NCBI GenBank assembly: GCA_027604505.1
Contig: JADIIX010000035.1
Location: forward strand, 1 to 64,000
Length of the DNA stretch: 64,000 nt
Direction: 5' to 3'
Source of the DNA: Gonapodya sp. JEL0774
Taxonomy: Eukaryota
A model generated the notes under the pieces. It did not search any database. It saw nothing but the letters and a program-made list of their open reading frames with translations, and was not told the origin of the DNA. Position numbers and translations under genes: made by a program. How positions within the stretch are numbered: the stretch's first letter is position 1; each line of letters begins with the position of its first letter. Positions 62,940 through 64,000 of the stretch are shown here, one piece after another.

Positions 62940-63458
62940 GATCCGACTCTGGTGGTGGGCCAGGCGGATGTCTACGAGGTGGTTCCTATTTCATGATTCT
63001 CCTATCTGTGATTCGTCGCTATTTTACTATGAATGTCTAACTTTGCTACGTAAATGAATTGATTTCTGTTGTCTCGTCAAAAATTGCAAAAGAATCTTAG
63101 TTTCTGGCGAAAGGAAGTTAGAGTCACCGCATGGACTTGAAATCGCACATGCTTCCTGATAAAACAGAGCCATCGGATTTCGCAACCTAAGCCTGCCAGG
63201 ATTTGAAGCAGATGGCGAACCGCGATTGCATGTTTCTTCGGGGAATCTGTGCATGGTGGTGCGACCTCCCTGGAGCTGCCTGGAGTAATACCCTGATCAC
63301 TGTCAACCCTGTGATCATCTTTTTGTACCTTCAGTCAGGATCCGAATATACCTGTCCTACAAAGCAGATCAATACTCCAGAGCACTTGAGACGCAGACGA
63401 TATGCAATCTCAATCTGCGCCCCCGCGTAGGACTTCGATGCCCTCGGCACGTGTGTAT

Positions 63459-64000
63459 TATGGCACTAAATGTTGATACCGTCGATGATTCGCGGCATCG
63501 ATACTTGACGCCACTCAAACCAGATCCTCCTATCTTTCTTTCTGCTGGACCTACAGCCAATTCATCGGATTCCGCCGCGACAAAGATAGACTCCAAGCCT
63601 GAGTCCGATTATCTGCCTTGGTACGCTTTTAGATTACGCTCCGCGATTCTATTCATGGTTATACTCGAGTGAGTAGTCTCTCGTGTTGGAAATTACTGTC
63701 ATTCAGGTCGAATACCGATGTGCACTTTTGTCACAGAGTCAGCATCGTCGCCGTCACTCTTACCACTCTCAACTACATCTCCCAACGGAGCTCAAACGCT
63801 GATGCCATTGCACAGGGTACTTCTGGAATTGTAGCCCTTGCCACTCAACTCCAGAGGGGAGCAAGCAAGGAAATCAGGACGAGCATGGGTAAGCTTCCAT
63901 CACAAGAATGTGATCATCACCACTGGAATACCCAAAACCTATCAACCGCAGATTCATACCTCAAGAAACTCACCGTTTTGGCAAACAACACAGCCAACTT
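63459..64000 (+). CDS. 5' part of a membrane protein (N-terminal TM then helical segment; receptor-like), truncated by the window edge
   Basis: FRLRSAILFMVILE|VSIVAVTLTTLNYI (TM) ..LATQLQRGASKEIRTSM|DSYLKKL, spliced across two GT-AG introns. Confidence 0.65.

Overview
Intron-rich eukaryotic DNA with GTRAGT-type donors, CTRAC-type branch points and mostly short introns. It looks fungal; the TKL kinase/Sel1/ankyrin/SH3 and F-box content suggests an early-diverging, chytrid-like lineage (inference). Conserved genes: a divergent H2B/H2A pair, an SLC46-like MFS transporter, NAR1, tRNA-Val(AAC), a peroxisomal 15-PGDH-like SDR and a PaaI-type thioesterase. These are interleaved with a fast-turnover set of four F-box genes (three with an XPA-like zinc finger, two of them with the full XPA_C-like domain), four kinases (three non-RD, one a kinase-Sel1 pseudogene), a tail-to-tail ANK-SH3(-kinase) paralog pair, a stand-alone HDAC6-type ZnF-UBP, a stand-alone CBM48 protein, a scrambled UFD2 relic, other decayed genes and small TG..CA inverted-repeat elements. 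Strongest leads: the F-box/XPA-like family, a gene that appears to encode a GH19 (lysozyme-like) fold split by a large insertion, the ANK-SH3 kinase/kinase-less pair, and a protein with two ABRA/STARS-like motifs plus a charged single alpha-helix. Gene models were spliced by eye and family calls come from recalled motifs, not database searches. There is a 10-N gap at 49993-50002.
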